DNA of 64,000 nt from Patescibacteria group bacterium (lineage in GTDB: Bacteria > Patescibacteriota > JACPGU01). Below are positions 61,177 through 64,000 of this stretch, one piece after another (within the stretch, counting starts at the first letter, position 1; each line of letters begins with the position of its first letter). Made by a program: the position numbers and the translations under genes. A model generated the notes under the pieces. It made no database searches. It was not told where the DNA came from and was given only the letters and a program-made list of their open reading frames with translations. The stretch is from assembly GCA_041675145.1 (NCBI GenBank), contig JBAYUK010000002.1:216530-280529 (forward strand), written 5' to 3'.

Positions 61177-64000
61177 ATGCAAAAAAACACGAAACTTACA
61201 AAAGCACTTACCTCTGCCCTAGCTGTAGGATTTACTACTGTGGCAGGGGTTTTGTTGTTTGTAGGCTCATATACAACCCATATCCCTTCTGCTCGTGCGG
61301 CAGCCTTTGCATCTTCTGTCACCGGTAACTGGGATGTTGGAACAACTTGGGGAGGAGCCTGTGCTTCGAGTTGTATTGAAGGAACTGATTTTCCAGGAGT
61401 CACTGATTCAGTTACTATTTCTGATGGTCATATTGTGACTGTGAATAGTGCTGCTTCAGCAGCGAGTGTCACAATTAATGTGAACACCGGGACAGGTAAT
61501 GGTATTACAATTTCTGGAACCAACTCGCTCACCGTTTCAGGAGCCGTGACGCTCAATATGCCAACAGCAAACACGACTGACCTTAATGTAAACGCTGGTA
61601 CGCTGTCGGCAGCTAGTATAGCAATTCCTGGTAGTGCTACTGCGAACCGGTTTGCGACCGTGCTTGTTACTACTGGTACCGTCAATGTGACTGGTGATAT
61701 TACTTTCTCAGGGTCAGCTGCTCGTGCTCGCTATACCTCAACGGGAGCGAGTAATACTAATATTGGCGGGAACTTCACCTCAGGTGGAACTCTTACGACC
61801 AGCGCTACCGGTACATTCACCTTTAATGGATCAGGCGCCCAGAATATGGGTAGCTATACAACCTATAATAATGTTGTGATTAATAAGTCAGGCGGCACCG
61901 TGACAGCCCTTAGCGCGGTGACGGTTGGTGGTACTTTGACCGTAACAGCAGGAACCATAGACTCCTCAACAGCAAACTTCGCGGTGACTGGAGCTACTAC
62001 TATCGATAGTGGGGGTACTGTGACAATCAGTAGTGCGACAGGTACTAAAAACTTTGGCTCGATGACAATAAATAGCGGTGGTAATTTTAACCACACTGCA
62101 GCCGAGAGTACTATTATCACAGGAGACCTTACCTTAAATGGTACGGGTGTTGTGACGAGTACGACCGGCACTGTTATTTCGCTTTCTAAAGTAGGAGGTG
62201 GAACCTTGGGTGGTACGAGAACTGCAACTACAACGATCGATGGCCTAACATTTACAACCAGCTATAGTGTAAATATACCACTCTCTATTACAAATACGCT
62301 CACTTCAACTACGCCGGCGGTTGTTACTAATAATACTACCATCACAGCAACCAATGCGCTGTCTGGGACGGGTACATTTACGCAAGGATCGGGGAGTGTA
62401 TTGAATCTTGGTAACGCTACTACCGTTACAACTTTCGATGCTTCAGCTAGTACTAATGAGGTGCACTATATAAGTACAACCGCTGGACAGACTATTAAGT
62501 CTTCAACCTATCACCATCTATTTATTGATAAAACAGGTCAAATAGGAACACTTGGTGGGGCTATTACAGTCAACGGCAACCTTACTGTTTCTGGTGGTAG
62601 CTTGAGTGACGGAGGGTTCCAGATTACCGGTAATGCGACCGGTACATTTAGTATTACAAGTAGTTCGACGTTGACGCTGGGAACAACCACGGGAACTGGA
62701 ACGAGCTTCCCAACAGGTTTCTTGGCTGGCAATATCACTATTCCATCTGGATCAACAGTGAGCTATAGCTCTAACTTTGCGCAGACTATTTCGGATATTG
62801 TTCCATATCATAATCTCTCTCTCGTTTCAGGAGCTGCTATTACCAAGACAGCGGCGGGTGCACTCACCGTCAACAACAACCTCTCGGTAGGGACAAATAA
62901 TACGCTGGCTGACGGCGGCTTTACGATTACCGTGAAAGGAAACCTCACTGGAGCTGGTGCTCACTCAGGTACGGGTAAGATTTTACTTACCGGAGGAGCT
63001 GGTGCTCACTCGGTCTCTATTGCTGGTGACGCAGGTAATATAGAACTCAACGATAGTAATGGTGTTACTCAAGCAGGTGCCTTTACTACTACAGGCAGTT
63101 TTACTATTACAACAGGAAACTGGACTATTGGTGCCTTTGCGTTAACTCTGAGTGATACAAACTCAATTTCTGGTGCCCTAACCTTTAGTAGTGCAACTGG
63201 TGCAAAGTCCCTTTCCAATACTACTATTAACTCGGGAGGGTTAATTAATTTTACTGCGGCATCAGCAGCTACTTTCACAGGCGATTTAACTATAAACGGT
63301 ACCGGAACTATTACTGGTACTACTGGAGTTATTACATTTTCTAAAGTTGGAGGAGGAGCAATATCAGGAACCGCTACAAGTCTATCGCTTACGAGTGCAA
63401 CCTTTACTACGAGTTATACACTGGGTATCGCTGCCACTATTCCTACTGTAACAGTAACAAGCCCAGCAGTATTAACGAACAATACTACACTTACAGTTGC
63501 AACAAGCTTAGCGGGAACTGGTCAACTTACGCAAGGTACAAGCGCGACACTTAATATTGGAGCGGCATCTACTATTACTACACTTGTTGCCTCTGCTAGT
63601 CCGAACACAGTGAACTATACTGGGACGGCTCAGACAGTGCATACTGCTACTTATCATCATGTCACTACTACTGCTGGCGCGAATGTGCTCGGCGGAGTAA
63701 TCACAGTTAACGGCAACATGACAGTCGGTGGTAATCTTGCTGATAGTGGAAACCAAATTACTGGAAATGCTACCGGTACATTCATTATCTCAGGATCAAC
63801 TACTTTGACACTGGGTACACCAGGAGTCGCAACAGCATTTCCGACTGCATTCTTGAATGCAAACATCACTATCCCTGCTGGATCAACTGTGGTTTATAAC
63901 TCAGACCAAGCGCAGATTGTTAGTGGTGTACCTACCTACGGTGGTAACCTAACCCTTACAGCGACCGCTGGCGTAACTAAAACAGCGAGTGCTGCCGTTA
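61177..64000 (+). CDS. very large repetitive Thr/Gly/Ser/Asn-rich secreted or surface protein (5' part only; it continues beyond the window)
   Basis: ATG 61177, then a signal or TM segment (LTSALAVGFTTVAGVLLFVG). By my own translation the frame stays open, with no in-frame stop, to the window end, giving more than 940 aa. This ORF is absent from the supplied track, presumably because it has no stop. It is a beta-helix-like low-complexity repeat protein (ITGNATGTF, NITIPSGSTV). The minus-strand ORFs listed across this region are shadow ORFs. Confidence 0.7.
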   Translation, partial: MQKNTKLTKALTSALAVGFTTVAGVLLFVGSYTTHIPSARAAAFASSVTGNWDVGTTWGGACASSCIEGTDFPGVTDSVTISDGHIVTVNSAASAASVTINVNTGTGNGITISGTNSLTVSGAVTLNMPTANTTDLNVNAGTLSAASIAIPGSATANRFATVLVTTGTVNVTGDITFSGSAARARYTSTGASNTNIGGNFTSGGTLTTSATGTFTFNGSGAQNMGSYTTYNNVVINKSGGTVTALSAVTVGGTLTVTAGTIDSSTANFAVTGATTIDSGGTVTISSATGTKNFGSMTINSGGNFNHTAAESTIITGDLTLNGTGVVTSTTGTVISLSKVGGGTLGGTRTATTTIDGLTFTTSYSVNIPLSITNTLTSTTPAVVTNNTTITATNALSGTGTFTQGSGSVLNLGNATTVTTFDASASTNEVHYISTTAGQTIKSSTYHHLFIDKTGQIGTLGGAITVNGNLTVSGGSLSDGGFQITGNATGTFSITSSSTLTLGTTTGTGTSFPTGFLAGNITIPSGSTVSYSSNFAQTISDIVPYHNLSLVSGAAITKTAAGALTVNNNLSVGTNNTLADGGFTITVKGNLTGAGAHSGTGKILLTGGAGAHSVSIAGDAGNIELNDSNGVTQAGAFTTTGSFTITTGNWTIGAFALTLSDTNSISGALTFSSATGAKSLSNTTINSGGLINFTAASAATFTGDLTINGTGTITGTTGVITFSKVGGGAISGTATSLSLTSATFTTSYTLGIAATIPTVTVTSPAVLTNNTTLTVATSLAGTGQLTQGTSATLNIGAASTITTLVASASPNTVNYTGTAQTVHTATYHHVTTTAGANVLGGVITVNGNMTVGGNLADSGNQITGNATGTFIISGSTTLTLGTPGVATAFPTAFLNANITIPAGSTVVYNSDQAQIVSGVPTYGGNLTLTATAGVTKTASAAV
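61970..64000 (+). repeat. intragenic tandem repeats (about 1.16 kb, about 387 aa period) within the surface protein gene
   Basis: The protein segment starting DLTLNGTGVVTS (about nt 62122) recurs as DLTINGTGTITG (about nt 63283). The repeats stay collinear over several hundred residues at roughly 60-65% nucleotide identity. Confidence 0.5.

Noticed and set aside
61143-63869. Series of 60-100-aa minus-strand ORFs (61143..61403, 61428..61685, 61863..62171, 62538..62738, 63069..63278, 63508..63756, 63657..63869)
   Set aside because: These are shadow frames antisense to the long + strand repeat-protein ORF. Their Val/Pro/Thr-rich sequences are the complement of Thr/Gly/Asn codons.

Overview
This is a 64-kb, low-GC (about 42%) bacterial chromosomal segment that uses the standard genetic code, since long ORFs end in TGA, TAA and TAG. 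Genes are densely packed and mostly co-directional on the + strand. Most of them are core informational and housekeeping genes, read from the start: gyrA (5'-truncated at the window edge), infB, der, lepB, an LCP-family protein, a processive family-2 glycosyltransferase, an eight-member tRNA array interrupted by an MGMT/ATL-like gene, pcrA/uvrD, rsmA, an NRAMP transporter, rsmI, tatD, lysS, serS, hpf, secA, the infC-rpmI-rplT operon on the - strand, a bactofilin, uvrA, recG, rsmD, a frameshifted comEA, tRNA-Leu, nrdR with a class II RNR, a DUF1385 protein, trxA, a lower-glycolysis cluster (tpiA, fba, a PfkB kinase and non-phosphorylating gapN), tig, gmd and clpP. These are followed by one complete rRNA operon (16S, tRNA-Ile, tRNA-Ala, 23S, 5S), then mutM, recO, alr, glyQS and the start of a very large, repetitive Thr/Gly/Ser/Asn-rich surface protein that runs off the 3' end of the window. 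The most unusual feature is inside the rRNA operon. A small membrane ORF sits between tRNA-Ile and tRNA-Ala, and a complete endonuclease/exonuclease/phosphatase (EEP) family gene sits between tRNA-Ala and the 23S rRNA, with its own hairpins, a candidate leaderless promoter and a terminator. This suggests the 16S and 23S halves are transcribed separately around an inserted nuclease gene. Other points worth a second look are a roughly 580-bp gene-free, hairpin-rich stretch upstream of recG (a candidate structured RNA I could not classify), a perfect 14-bp inverted repeat bracketing the clpP -10 and RBS, a +1 frameshift splitting comEA, and a palindrome plus an NrdR-box-like site upstream of nrdR. 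The gene content (GapN, NrdJ, LCP, bactofilin, the giant surface protein) and the expanded 16S V3 region fit a small-genome Gram-positive-like or Patescibacteria-like organism, but that is inference only.
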